From contig OZ253496.1 of the NCBI GenBank assembly GCA_965262115.1, forward strand, positions 352,001 through 416,000: DNA of 64,000 nucleotides, written 5' to 3'. The number at the start of each line of letters is the position of its first letter. Position 1 is the first letter of the stretch. Position numbers and translations under genes: made by a program. The notes below the pieces were generated by a model. The model saw only the letters and a program-made list of their open reading frames with translations. It was not told the DNA's origin and searched no databases. The DNA is from Nitrospinales bacterium. Its GTDB lineage: Bacteria; Nitrospinota; Nitrospinia; Nitrospinales; VA-1. Positions 8,153 to 19,662 of this stretch are shown here, in pieces.

Positions 8153-10417
8153 ATGGGGCAGGAAAAAACTTCCGACTTACAGGGCGAACTCGAAAAAAGG
8201 TTTCTGACCTACGCGCTTTCGACAATCGTCTCCCGATCTCTTCCTGATGTGCGGGATGGTTTAAAACCGATACATCGCAGAATCCTGTTTGCCATGGAAA
8301 GCATGGGAATGAATTCCGCAAGCAAACATGTCAAATCCGCCAAGATCATCGGTGAGGTGCTGGGTAAATACCATCCTCATGGAGATGCATCCACCTATGA
8401 GTCAATGGTGCGGATGGCACAGGACTTTTCCATGCGTTACCCCCTGGTAGACGGGAAAGGTAACTTTGGTTCTATGGATGGAGATTCACCGGCCGCCTAC
8501 CGTTATACCGAAGGCCGATTGACACCCATCACCTCGTATTTGCTACAGGACATCAAAAAAGACACCGTCGATTTCCGCGCCAATTACGACAACACCCTGA
8601 AAGAACCTGTGGTGCTGCCTTCCCGCGTTCCCAATTTGCTGGTCAACGGCGCATCGGGCATTGCGGTGGGAATGGCCTGCTCATTTCCCAGTCACAATCT
8701 GGATGAAGTCATGTCTGCTTTAATTTCATTGATCGACTCTCCCAAGCAGACCGTGGCCAATCTTATGAAGTATATCAAGGGCCCGGACTTTCCCACCGGC
8801 GGAATCATACTCAACAGCAAGGCTGAGTTGCGAAAGGCTTATGAGACAGGTTTGGGAGCGATAAAAATTCGCGGGCTCTGGAAGGTTGAATCTCTGCCTC
8901 GCGGCAAAAAGCAGATCATTCTCACGGCGATTCCATATAGCGTCAATAAAGCCCGGCTGATAGAAAAAATCGCGGAAATCATCATCGCCAAAAAGCTCCC
9001 TCCTTTAACCGATGTGAGGGATGAGAGTGATGAGAAGGTCCGGGTGGTCCTTGAGTTCAAAAGTACGACCGATGAGAACAAACTGATGAGCTACCTGTTC
9101 AAGCACACTGAACTGGAAAACAATTTTCAAGTTAATTTTAACTGCCTCAAACCAAATGGGGAGCCTGCCCGCCTGTCTCTTCTGCAAATATGCCAGAAAT
9201 TCCTGGCATTCCGCAAGCAGGTGATCAAACGCCGCTTGAATTACGAACTCGTTCTTCTTGAAAAGCGCCTGCACATACTGGCAGGATTCGCAGCAATCTT
9301 TAGCAATCTGGACAAGGCCTTGAAATTGATACGATCTTCCAAGTCCCGCAAGGAAGCTCACGATAAACTGCAAAAAGACTTCAAGCTTGATGACGAGCAG
9401 ACCAGTGCAATTCTGGAAATCCCCCTCTATCGACTGGTCTCAATGGAGATGGAAAAGATTCTGGAAGAGCGAAAAGAAAAGCTCAAGGAGCAAAAACGAA
9501 TCAAGTCCATTCTCGCGTCATCCAAAAAAATCTGGGAGGAGGTGCGGGAAGAGCTGGAAGAAATCAAGAAAAAACACGCGGACAAACGCCTCACCCAGAT
9601 CAAAACCATCGAAAGCATCGAGTATAACGCGGAGGATTTTATCGAGCGCGAAGATGTGCATATCGTCCTCAGCCAAAACGGGTGGATTCGGAAATTGAAA
9701 AACCTGAACGGTCCTTCCGGGCTTAAATTTAAGGAAAATGACCAATTGCTCGGCTCCCTGCAGACCAACACGCGAAACCTGCTGGCTCTTTTTACCTCAT
9801 TTGGAGTCGTTTATGTCTCCAAGGTTTACAATCTGCCTTATACAAGAAGCGGATTTGGCGAACCTGTGCAAAGCCTGTACAAATTTGGTGACGGAGAAAA
9901 AGTGATCGGGATGATGCCCCTTCCCGCCCCGAATGAAGGATCGGATACGCCTGAGAGCCAGGTTTCAATGTACTTCATCAAAAAGGACCAAGCTGAAGAA
10001 AGCGAGTTCATGGTTGCCAGCGCTGATGGGTTTGGTTTTCGGTTTCCCTTATCCAACCTGGCCGAGACTACACGTTTGGGAAGAAAGATCATGAGTTTGA
10101 AAAATGACGACCGCATGATCGGCTTCGCCCCGGTAACACACGATCACGTTTTTCTAGCCACCGCTAAGGGAAAGGCGGTGGTCATCCCCACGGACCAAAT
10201 AACACAACTGACAGGATCGGGCAAAGGAGTCACCCTTATGAAACCGGGGGAAAGCAGTTTGGTCGGATTTAAATTCGTCGGACTAAAACATAAAGTCACA
10301 CTTGAACTCGATTCCGGCAACGACAAGGAAATCACTGTTAAAAGCGTCCGCCTTTGCAACCGCGGTAGCCAGGGTGTGATTGTTTCCAAACGCAAAACCA
10401 TTCTCAAAATAAAATAG
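8153..10417 (+). CDS. parC: Type IIA topoisomerase A subunit, probably topoisomerase IV ParC
   Basis: RSLPDVRDGLKP, YHPHGD, active site AAYRYTE; no GyrA-box at the start of a shortened C-terminal domain. Confidence 0.8.
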   Translation: MGQEKTSDLQGELEKRFLTYALSTIVSRSLPDVRDGLKPIHRRILFAMESMGMNSASKHVKSAKIIGEVLGKYHPHGDASTYESMVRMAQDFSMRYPLVDGKGNFGSMDGDSPAAYRYTEGRLTPITSYLLQDIKKDTVDFRANYDNTLKEPVVLPSRVPNLLVNGASGIAVGMACSFPSHNLDEVMSALISLIDSPKQTVANLMKYIKGPDFPTGGIILNSKAELRKAYETGLGAIKIRGLWKVESLPRGKKQIILTAIPYSVNKARLIEKIAEIIIAKKLPPLTDVRDESDEKVRVVLEFKSTTDENKLMSYLFKHTELENNFQVNFNCLKPNGEPARLSLLQICQKFLAFRKQVIKRRLNYELVLLEKRLHILAGFAAIFSNLDKALKLIRSSKSRKEAHDKLQKDFKLDDEQTSAILEIPLYRLVSMEMEKILEERKEKLKEQKRIKSILASSKKIWEEVREELEEIKKKHADKRLTQIKTIESIEYNAEDFIEREDVHIVLSQNGWIRKLKNLNGPSGLKFKENDQLLGSLQTNTRNLLALFTSFGVVYVSKVYNLPYTRSGFGEPVQSLYKFGDGEKVIGMMPLPAPNEGSDTPESQVSMYFIKKDQAEESEFMVASADGFGFRFPLSNLAETTRLGRKIMSLKNDDRMIGFAPVTHDHVFLATAKGKAVVIPTDQITQLTGSGKGVTLMKPGESSLVGFKFVGLKHKVTLELDSGNDKEITVKSVRLCNRGSQGVIVSKRKTILKIK

Positions 10418-10422
10418 GTACT

Positions 10423-12312
10423 ATGACAAAATACCGATCAGAAGATATCGAAGTCCTCGAAGGCCTAGATCCGGTTCGCAAACGGCCGGGAATGTACATT
10501 GGCGCCACTTCGTCAACAGGCCTGCATCATTTACTTTGGGAAATTCTGGACAACTCCGTAGATGAAGCGCTCAACGGTCATTGCGACACCATCGAAGTGA
10601 CTCTGGAGAAGGATCATGGCGTCACCATCAAGGATAATGGCCGGGGAATTCCTGTAGATGCGTATCGCAAGACCAAAAAGAGCGCAATGGAAATCCTCTT
10701 TACCACTTTGCATTCAGGAGGGAAATTTGGTCAGGGCAACTATAAAGTATCCGGTGGACTTCATGGGGTTGGAATGGCTGTGGTCTGCGCCCTGTCGGAA
10801 AAGCTTGTCGCGACTTCCCGCCGGGATGGATTCGAATGGAGCCAGACTTATTCCCGAGGCAAACCCACCACAAAACTTAAAAAAGGCAAAGCCGCACGAA
10901 TCTACGGCACCACAGTTTACTTCAAACATGATGGTAAAATTTTCCCGAAAACGGAATTCAATCCCAAATTCATTCTGGAGCGGGCAGAATCAAAAGCCTT
11001 CCTCAATAAGGGGCTGAAAATAATCGTCCATGAAAATAAAAATAAACACACGTTTTACTATCCCGACGGAATTCAAGATTACATTAAAAAGATTGTTGGC
11101 CAAAAGGCCACTTTGATGGACAAACCTTTTTACGTCGAAAAGGAAGACAAGTTATTAAGATTGGAAACCGCGTTTCTCTGGACTCCAAATACCGACACGC
11201 AGATTCTTTCCTTTGCCAACTCCATCCGAACCATTGACGGGGGCACCCATGAGACCGGCTTCCGCAACGGCATCGCTAAAGCAGTCCGGGCTTACATTGA
11301 CAGGCGCAAACTCCTTCCAAAAGGTATAACGGGAATTACCGGCGATGACGTCCGGGAGGGGCTGGTTGCTATTATCAATGTTTATCTTCAGGGAGAGGTC
11401 GAGTTTCAAGGACAAACCAAGGGACGATTGAATTCTGAAATCACCTCCCAGGTAGAAGCAGTGGTCAAACACACCCTCGAACATTATTTAAATGAAAATC
11501 AGAGCCTGGGAAACATCCTCGCCAACCGCATCATCCTTTCGGCGCAGGCCCGTATCGCATCCCGTCAGGCTAAGGAAGCGGTTCAGCGAAAAACCAATAT
11601 TTCGCATCGACTCAACTTACCAGGAAAACTATCGGACTGCGCCACAACGGATAAGGATCAAGCCGAACTCTTTATTTGCGAAGGTGACTCCGCCGGCGGT
11701 TCCAGCAAACAGGCAAGGGATCGAAAAACCCAGGCGATCCTTCCCATTCGAGGGAAAATACTCAATGTTGAAACCGCAACCATGACCAAGATTCTCGCCA
11801 ATACAGAAATTCAAAACCTCATTTCTGCTTGTGGGACCGGCATAGGCCACAAATTCGATTACAACAAGCTTCGCTACGGAAAAATCATCATCATGACCGA
11901 TGCGGATGTTGACGGAGCACATATCTGCACCCTGCTACTTACCTTTTTCTATAGGTACCTTCCAGAAATCCTTGAAAAGGGGCATCTGTTCATAGCCCAG
12001 CCACCTTTATATCGCATCGATGTCGGCAAAAAACTGTTTTACGCCTTGACCGAAGAAGAAAAAGATGAAATCATCAAGGAATTAAACGGCACCTCCCACG
12101 AAATAGGCCGTTTTAAAGGACTCGGAGAGATGCCCGCTTCGGACTTGAAAGAAACCACCATGAGTAAAAAATCCCGATCCCTGATTCGGGTAGTATTGGG
12201 CTCTACCGAGCAAGCCAGCAAAACTATTTGCGAGTTAATGGGGAAAAACGCCGAGTCACGTTTCAAATTCATAAAAGAAAAAGCGGAGTTCGTTCAGGAT
12301 CTGGATGTTTAG
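10423..12312 (+). CDS. parE: Type IIA topoisomerase B subunit, probably ParE
   Basis: VRKRPGMYIG, EILDNSVDE, GGLHGVG, EGDSAGG, PIRGK, MTDADVDG; short 629 aa form. Confidence 0.8.
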   Translation: MTKYRSEDIEVLEGLDPVRKRPGMYIGATSSTGLHHLLWEILDNSVDEALNGHCDTIEVTLEKDHGVTIKDNGRGIPVDAYRKTKKSAMEILFTTLHSGGKFGQGNYKVSGGLHGVGMAVVCALSEKLVATSRRDGFEWSQTYSRGKPTTKLKKGKAARIYGTTVYFKHDGKIFPKTEFNPKFILERAESKAFLNKGLKIIVHENKNKHTFYYPDGIQDYIKKIVGQKATLMDKPFYVEKEDKLLRLETAFLWTPNTDTQILSFANSIRTIDGGTHETGFRNGIAKAVRAYIDRRKLLPKGITGITGDDVREGLVAIINVYLQGEVEFQGQTKGRLNSEITSQVEAVVKHTLEHYLNENQSLGNILANRIILSAQARIASRQAKEAVQRKTNISHRLNLPGKLSDCATTDKDQAELFICEGDSAGGSSKQARDRKTQAILPIRGKILNVETATMTKILANTEIQNLISACGTGIGHKFDYNKLRYGKIIIMTDADVDGAHICTLLLTFFYRYLPEILEKGHLFIAQPPLYRIDVGKKLFYALTEEEKDEIIKELNGTSHEIGRFKGLGEMPASDLKETTMSKKSRSLIRVVLGSTEQASKTICELMGKNAESRFKFIKEKAEFVQDLDV

Positions 12313-12471
12313 GTCGCTTTTTTAGAAATTTTTCCCAGCAGATTTCGACTTCCCCTGCGATTATCCGTATTCCGAACGATCACGCCAAAATTGTAACTGA
12401 AATGTTTTCACTGCTTTTAGAAGCAGCCATCGACCAATTCGGCTTGAGTTTTACATGACTTCGTAGTACGA

Positions 12472-14911
12472 TTGATTGGCGTGATGGAAGTGATCAACAA
12501 AAGAAGAAGTGGGGAAGCATTTAGCGATACTGACTTTAAACTAGCCAGGCGGATTTCTCCTGCCATCGGGAAAGTTTTTGCGCAACTGGAAGAAGAATAT
12601 CGCATGGAACCTCTTCCTGAAACTGGGCACCTGTCTCCAGAAGAGGATCTCCATCGCATTTCCCAAGCCATCCACTCGGCAAAAAATATAGATGAAATCT
12701 TGATAGAGCTTAAGGACTCTATTTTAAATCTGTTTGAGGCACAGGCTCTCACCATCTATGCCGTTGACGGGCAAAAAAATGAAATTTTTTCGAAGGTGAA
12801 GTCTGGCGAACATATAAACGAAATCCGGTTCCCCATTTCCCCTGTAAGCATTGTCGGTTGGGTCGGCAGCCATCAAAAAAGCGTGAATATTACCGATGTT
12901 TACAACGAGCAGGAACTGCAAAGCTATCATGCCGACCTCAAGTTTAACAATTCGTGGGATAAAAAATCCGGAAGCGTTTCTAAATCCCTTTTGGGGTACC
13001 CCATGATTCATGCGGAAAAACTTATGGGAGTTTTCCAGCTGGTTAACAAATTGAATGGGGGGAGATTTACGGAACAGGATGAAAAGAGCGCCGCTATTAT
13101 TTCCAAAACACTGGCTTCGGCTTTTCATAGCCAGACCAAATACGTTCCGTCCAAGTCAACCAGGTTCAGCTTTTTAACACAAAGTGGGATTATCACCGAA
13201 GAAGAATTGACTCAAGCCATCGCCAAAGCAAGAAAAAACCGGATTGACGTGGAAACAATATTGCTGCTCGATTTTAGACTACGAAGAAGGGATATAGGGA
13301 AATCCTTTGAAACTTTTTACGACCTCCCTTATTTTGGCTACAGCTATATGGTTATTCTACCGGCAGAAATCTTTACAGGATTAAACCGTAATTTTTTAGC
13401 AAAAAATTACTGGGTCCCCATTCAAAAAGATGGCGACAAGGTTACCATACTGGTCACCGACCCGCTCAACCCAGACAGGGATCAAAACATCCGGCAAATT
13501 TTTCCCAAGAAGGAGATTGAATACAAGATCGGATTAAAAATTGATATCATAGATTTTTTAAATTCCTCACAGGAAATAGTTTCATCCTCTACAGACGGAG
13601 AGGCACCCAAAATTGAGAAAATGTCTGGCCTGTTAAGCGCCCTCAAAGAAGAACAGGGAGATGTGAAGAAGACGGAACAGGCGGAAGAGGACGTGGCAAA
13701 TGCCGTCAGCGGAACAGACAGCACCATTGTAAGGTTGGTCAACAAAATATTGATTGATGCTTATGACAATGGCGTTTCCGATATTCATATTGAACCGGGT
13801 ATCGGCAAAGAAGCTATAAGGGTCCGCTATCGAAAAGACGGTATCTGCACCATTTATGAAGAAATTCCTTCCATTTACAAGCAGGCGCTCATTTCCAGGA
13901 TTAAAATCATGTCCAAGCTGGATATTGCCGAGAGACGGTTGCCTCAGGACGGAAAAATTAGAATGCAGTATGGGAAAAAGAGAATTGAATACCGGGTCGC
14001 AACCTGCCCGACCGTTGGCGGGAACGAAGATGCGGTTCTCCGTATTTTGTCCGCCAGCAAACCCATCCCGCTGAAAAATATGAATTTTAATGAACGTAAT
14101 TTGGAACTGATCCGTGGCTGCGCAGCCAAACCCTATGGTTTGATTCTGGTGGTAGGACCTACTGGATCAGGAAAAACCACTACCCTCCATTCCATTTTAG
14201 GTTTTATCAACAAACCAGAAAAAAAATATGGACCGCCGAGGATCCCGTGGAAATCACGCAGAAAGGCCTACGTCAAGTCCAGACGCTCGATAAAATCGGA
14301 CTCGATTTTGCGCCCGGGCCATGAGATTTTTTCTGCGCGGCGATCCAGATGTCATCATGGTTGGTGAAATGCGCGATGCCGAGACCTGTGCCATTGGTCT
14401 GGAAGCCTCTCTAACCGGTCACTTGGTTTTCAGCACCCTGCACACAAACTCCGCCTCCGAGACCATTATACGGCTCCTGGATATGGGAATGAACCCACTC
14501 AACTTTGCCGATGCCCTGCTCCTCATTGTCGCACAACGACTGGTTCGCACCCTTTGCAAAAAATGCAAGGAAGATTACCACCCTGATCGGGAAGAATTTG
14601 ATTCACTCGCCGAAGAATATGGAGTCGGCTTTGAAAAGCTGGGCATTGAATATTCTGATGACTTAATGTTGAAGAAACCAGCGGGATGCGAAAACTGCAA
14701 TGATACCGGTTATGCAGGACGTACCGGGCTGCACGAGTGCCTTGAAGGCACAGATACCATTAAAAGAATGATTCTGAAACAAGCTTTGGCCGAAGAATTG
14801 CGCGAACAGGCTCTGAGTGACGGAATGACAACCCTCAAGCAGGACGGAATTTATAAAATATTCAAAGGGGATTGCGACCTGAAACAAGTTATGGCCGTTT
14901 GTATCGTCTAA
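12472..14911 (+). pseudogene. GAF-domain GspE/PilB-family ATPase, disrupted
   Basis: GAF domains, DIHIEP, GPTGSGKTT, GEMRD, TLHTN. A -1 indel in the A-run at ~14221-14226 (KKIWTAEDPVE is out of frame) and a +2 GC at ~14310. The ORF starts within the tail of a GAF domain. Confidence 0.85.
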
Positions 14912-14928
14912 AAAATTCCAGATGGTTC

Positions 14929-16260
14929 TTAAGAGTGGGCGGGAATCGGTCCTTTCAGTCCTTCCTTCCATTCCTTTATTTTTTCCATTGCGTTCATTGC
15001 AATTTTCTGATTCCTGACTTTTTTATCGCGAATCCGCATTTCCTGAACCCAGAACAAGCCAAAGTTAATATTCATCGGCTGAAACCCTTTACTCATGGAT
15101 GTGGTTAAATAATTTATCAAAGCACCTAGTGCAGTATCGGCAGGCGGCGGAGTATAGGGACTTCCCGTTATTTTCGCCACTGCGCTCAAACTCGCTAAAA
15201 GCCCCATCGCAGACGATTCGACATATCCTTCCACTCCGGTGATCTGGCCGGCAAAATAATTTCCCGGCCGATCCTTCAATTCCAGTTCATTGCTCAAAAG
15301 GCTGGGAGAATTAATAAAAGTGTTTCGATGAATAGCGCCCAATCGGAAAAACTCAGCATTTTCCAAACCAGGAATCATCGAAAAAATCCTCTTCTGTTCC
15401 GGGTAAGTGAGCTTGGTTTGGAATCCCACCAGATTATAGGCAGAGCTATCCCGATTTTCCCGACGCAACTGCACCACCGCATGGGCTATTTTCCCGGTTT
15501 TTGGATCGGGTAATCCCACGGGCTTTAATGGACCAAACGCCAAAGTCCTATCACCCCTCTCGGCCAGCACCTCAATGGGCATACACCCTTCAAAATAAAT
15601 CGGCTTTTCAAAAGAAGCGAATTGAACCTTCTCTGCGGCCTTCAATTCCTGGACGAACGCATAATACTGTTCCGCAGTCATGGGGCAATTCAGGTAGTCA
15701 GCATCCCCTTTATCATAACGCGAAGCAAAAAACGCTTTGTCATAATCTATCGAGTCCGCATTTACTATGGGCGACAACGCATCGTAAAAGTATAAATACT
15801 CCTGGCCAATTAATTTTGAAATTTGCTCCGACAAATGAGGCGAGGTCAAAGGACCTGTAGCGATAATAACCGGTCCTTCCTGGGGAATTTCCAGTACTTC
15901 TTCACGCTTGAAAGTAATATTTTGGTGATTCAATAATTTTTCGGTAATTTCCTGCGAAAACAAATCCCGGTCAACAGCCAGAGCGGAACCTGCAGGAACC
16001 GAATTTGTATCGCCGGATGCGATAATGATGGAATTGAAACTGCGAAGCTCTTCTTTAAGGATAAACGGAGCAGAATGAGGCTGATTATTTCCCAAGGAGT
16101 TACTACAAACCAGTTCAGCGCAATTCCCGGTTTTATGAACAGGGTTACGGACTACCGGCCGCATTTCATACAAAACAACCTGCACACCCAGTTCCGCCGC
16201 CTGCCAGGCCGCCTCCGACCCCGCAAGCCCTGCACCGATAATTGTTAAAAAATCCTTCAC
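14929..16260 (-). CDS. trmFO: tRNA (uracil-5-)-methyltransferase TrmFO
   Basis: GAGLAGSEAA, AELVCSNS, FEGCMPIE, GQITGVEGY. Confidence 0.96.
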   Translation of the reverse strand: MKDFLTIIGAGLAGSEAAWQAAELGVQVVLYEMRPVVRNPVHKTGNCAELVCSNSLGNNQPHSAPFILKEELRSFNSIIIASGDTNSVPAGSALAVDRDLFSQEITEKLLNHQNITFKREEVLEIPQEGPVIIATGPLTSPHLSEQISKLIGQEYLYFYDALSPIVNADSIDYDKAFFASRYDKGDADYLNCPMTAEQYYAFVQELKAAEKVQFASFEKPIYFEGCMPIEVLAERGDRTLAFGPLKPVGLPDPKTGKIAHAVVQLRRENRDSSAYNLVGFQTKLTYPEQKRIFSMIPGLENAEFFRLGAIHRNTFINSPSLLSNELELKDRPGNYFAGQITGVEGYVESSAMGLLASLSAVAKITGSPYTPPPADTALGALINYLTTSMSKGFQPMNINFGLFWVQEMRIRDKKVRNQKIAMNAMEKIKEWKEGLKGPIPAHS

Positions 16261-16266
16261 AATCGA

Positions 16267-18531
16267 TCAAGCCGCAGCATCGGTTTTCTTGAATCCACAA
16301 TTTGGGCAAAGCACAGAAGGATCTTCATTCTTTTTCCACTTCTCGATCAAAAACGGATTTTTACATTCCGGACAAGCTTCCCCAATCGGTTTGTCCCATG
16401 AGGTAAATTTACAATCGGGATACTTCGTGCAACCATAAAAAGTTCTTCCCTTTTTAGACCGGCGCGAGGCAATCTCTCCCTCGCAGGATTCCTCCGGGCA
16501 GGAAATACCAAGGCCAATCGCTTTGGTAAATTTGCAATCCGGGTAAGTGGAGCAAGCAATAAATTTACCAAAACGACCGCGTTTGATAATCAACGGCGAC
16601 TGGCATAAATCACAATTTCCTTCAACTTCCTCTGCCTTGGCCCCCTCACCCTTTTCTCCTTTTTCTCCCAAATCTCGGGTGTTTTTGCATTCCGGATACC
16701 CCGAACACGCCATGAATTTTCCAAAACGCCCCCATTTAATAATCATGGGTTGATCACATTTTTCACAAACCTCATCGGTTTCTTCAACTTGGGCTTTGAA
16801 GTCCTTCATCTTTTCTTCAGCTTTTTCCAAGTCCGCCTTGAAGGGGATGTAAAAAGATTTTAGGGCATCGACCCACTCAAGCTTCCCTTCTTCAATATCG
16901 TCTAATTGACTCTCCATTTTGGCGGTGAATTCTGTGGTCATGATATCTGGGAAGTTCTCAACCAAAAGATCATTGATCATAAAACCAAGTTCAACAGGTT
17001 GCAGGCGCCGTTCTACATTTTGAATATAGTCCCTGTCCTTAATAACACTAATGATCGCCGCATAAGTACTGGGCCGCCCGACCCCTTTATCTTCAAGCTC
17101 CTTGACCAACCTCGCCTCGGAGAAACGCGCCGGAGGCTGGGTAAAATGTTGCTCGGGAAGGACTTCGTGAACTTTCAATGTCTCTCCCTTTTCTAATGGG
17201 GGAAGCAGGCGGTCGTCACCTTTTCCTTCTGATTTCGACCCATCGTCCTGATCATCGTCCTGACTTTCAACATAGACTTTCATGAAGCCGGCAAATTTTA
17301 ATACCGAACCGTTACTGCGAAACAAATAGTTTCCCGCCTGAATATCAAACTGAGTGGTGTCCAAAACCGCCGGAACCATCTGGCAAGAAACAAAACGCGA
17401 CCAGATTAACTGGTAAAGCCGGAACATATCCTTTTCCAAATTCTCTTTGATAGTATTCGGTTCCAGTTGAACATCGGTGGGCCGGATCGCCTCATGTGCC
17501 TCTTGAGCCGACTTTTTACTTTTATACGTATTGGGTTTTCCGGGGAGGTACTCCTTGCCATATCTTTCAGGAATGAATGCGCGAACTTCTTCGAGAGCCT
17601 GGTCCGACAATCTCACCGAATCGGTACGCATATACGTGATGAGACCCACGGTTCCCTTTTTACCCATGGCAATTCCCTCATACAACCGTTGAGCAAGCAT
17701 CATGGTTTTTTTGGGAGAGAAATTAAGTTTTCGGGATGCTTCCTGCTGGAGGGTACTGGTAATAAAGGGGGCACTCGGGTTTCTTTTTCTTTCTTTTTTG
17801 ACAATACTCTCAAGTGTGGGCTTGGCCCCTTCCAATCCCTTGAGAATCTGATCCGCCTCGGCTTTATTGGCGACCTCGGCTTTTTCCCCTTCAATTTTAA
17901 ATAGTTTTGCCTGAAACCGGGGTTTCTGACTGCCCTCCAACTCAAGCATGATCGACCAGTACTCGCGGGGCTTAAAGGCCAGAATTTCACGTTCCCTTTC
18001 ACAAACAATCCGTAAAGCAACGGATTGCACTCGCCCGGCACTCAGCCCCCGATGAACTTTTTTCCATAAGATGGGACTGATTTTATATCCCACCAACCGG
18101 TCTAGAATTCTGCGAGCCTGTTGCGCGTTCACCCGGTTAGCATTAAGTTCAGTAGGATTTTTAATAGCTTCCAGAACCGCCTTTTTAGTGATTTCGTTAA
18201 AAGCTACCCGATAAATTTTGCCCTTGGTAAATCGTGCTACTTCATTTCCAATATGGTAGGCAATGGCCTCTCCTTCCCGATCCGGGTCCGGAGCGAGATA
18301 AATTGTGTCACACTTCTTGGCGGCGGTTTTCAGCTCCTGGAGAATTTTTCCTTTTCCCCGGATAGTGATGTATTCCGGAGCAAAGTCATTATCAACATCA
18401 ACACCAAGCTTTTTATTGGGAAGATCCTTAAGATGCCCCACCGATGCTTTAATAATAAAATCCTTGCCAACGATTTTTTTCAGCGTGTTGACTTTGGTAG
18501 GTGACTCAACGATCAGTAACGATTTACCCAT
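16267..18531 (-). CDS. topA: DNA topoisomerase I
   Basis: IVESPTK, DPDREGE, SAGRVQS, ITYMRTD, C-terminal zinc ribbons. Confidence 0.97.
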   Translation of the reverse strand: MGKSLLIVESPTKVNTLKKIVGKDFIIKASVGHLKDLPNKKLGVDVDNDFAPEYITIRGKGKILQELKTAAKKCDTIYLAPDPDREGEAIAYHIGNEVARFTKGKIYRVAFNEITKKAVLEAIKNPTELNANRVNAQQARRILDRLVGYKISPILWKKVHRGLSAGRVQSVALRIVCEREREILAFKPREYWSIMLELEGSQKPRFQAKLFKIEGEKAEVANKAEADQILKGLEGAKPTLESIVKKERKRNPSAPFITSTLQQEASRKLNFSPKKTMMLAQRLYEGIAMGKKGTVGLITYMRTDSVRLSDQALEEVRAFIPERYGKEYLPGKPNTYKSKKSAQEAHEAIRPTDVQLEPNTIKENLEKDMFRLYQLIWSRFVSCQMVPAVLDTTQFDIQAGNYLFRSNGSVLKFAGFMKVYVESQDDDQDDGSKSEGKGDDRLLPPLEKGETLKVHEVLPEQHFTQPPARFSEARLVKELEDKGVGRPSTYAAIISVIKDRDYIQNVERRLQPVELGFMINDLLVENFPDIMTTEFTAKMESQLDDIEEGKLEWVDALKSFYIPFKADLEKAEEKMKDFKAQVEETDEVCEKCDQPMIIKWGRFGKFMACSGYPECKNTRDLGEKGEKGEGAKAEEVEGNCDLCQSPLIIKRGRFGKFIACSTYPDCKFTKAIGLGISCPEESCEGEIASRRSKKGRTFYGCTKYPDCKFTSWDKPIGEACPECKNPFLIEKWKKNEDPSVLCPNCGFKKTDAAA

Positions 18532-18540
18532 ATTTCCTCA

Positions 18541-19662
18541 CTAGTTGTGTTCATCGCCGCAATTAGAAATATACATCTTTCCACTCAGTTGCCGAACCAA
18601 ACCTCTCAATTCTAGTTGTAACAGTGTAGCCGAAACTTGAGCGGGAGACAAATTGCTGTTTTCAATTAAATTATCTATATGTCTGCCTTCAAATGATAAT
18701 AAAGAAAAAATCTTTTTTTCCTGGTCATTATCAAGTTTGACTTTAGGTTCAACGCTTTCTTTTTTAGCCTTCAAACTTTCACCCAACGCGGGTAACAATT
18801 CTTCAAGAATGGATTCAGGACTATCGACCAACTTTGCGCCTGTCTTGATCAGGTCATTGGTTCCCCTGCTTTTTGGAGACGTAATGTTTCCCGGAACCGC
18901 AAAAACCTCTCTCCCCTGCTCCAAAGCAAAGTCTGCCGTGATCAGGGCCCCGCTTTTTTCAGCCGCTTCGACAACCACCGTTCCTAAAGCCAAACCACTT
19001 AGTATCCGGTTTCTTGCCGGAAAATTGTTCCGATCCGGTCTCATGAAAACAGGGAACTCAGACAATACAGCCCCCTGCTCGACAATTTGCTTTCTCAACT
19101 TAATATTTTCAGGCGGATATGTATGCCCCAATCCGCAACCAAAAACAGCAATCGTATCTGCTCCGGCAGAAAGGGCAGCCTTGTGAGCCAATGTATCAAT
19201 CCCCCTGGCCAAGCCGCTGATTATACTAAATCCGGCAGAAGCCAGTTTCAAGCAAAGTCTTTCCGCGACCAACTTTCCATATTCGGAAGGGGTGCGCGTT
19301 CCCACCACCGTCAAAGGCAGGGAAATCATGTTTAAGGCCTTGCCTTGTACATATAAAATTGGCGGAGGATCATAAATGGATTTCAATAAGGATGGATATT
19401 CCGGGCTTTCGAGTGTTAAAATCCGTATGCCTTCCTTTTCAACCAGCCTCAGTTCGCGCTCTGCGGTAGAATCAACATCAAATTTCTTTATTTCTCCCGC
19501 TACTTTGTCACCAATCCCCTGAATTCTCAGCAGTTCGTTCATGGGTGCCAAGAAGACTCCGCGCGGCGAACCCAGCCCCTGGACGAGACGGTGAAACAGG
19601 GTTCGGCCTACCCCGACAACCATATTTAAAGCCAGCCAATACTTCAGGGTTTCCCTGTCCAT
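18541..19662 (-). CDS. dprA: DNA-processing protein DprA
   Basis: VVGTR, SGLARGID, FPARNRILSGL, SGALITA, GREVFAVPG. Confidence 0.96.
   Translation of the reverse strand: MDRETLKYWLALNMVVGVGRTLFHRLVQGLGSPRGVFLAPMNELLRIQGIGDKVAGEIKKFDVDSTAERELRLVEKEGIRILTLESPEYPSLLKSIYDPPPILYVQGKALNMISLPLTVVGTRTPSEYGKLVAERLCLKLASAGFSIISGLARGIDTLAHKAALSAGADTIAVFGCGLGHTYPPENIKLRKQIVEQGAVLSEFPVFMRPDRNNFPARNRILSGLALGTVVVEAAEKSGALITADFALEQGREVFAVPGNITSPKSRGTNDLIKTGAKLVDSPESILEELLPALGESLKAKKESVEPKVKLDNDQEKKIFSLLSFEGRHIDNLIENSNLSPAQVSATLLQLELRGLVRQLSGKMYISNCGDEHN

Noticed and set aside
14221..14320. Programmed frameshifting in the PilB-like gene
   Set aside because: Two separate shifts would be needed, and the 5' end is also degraded
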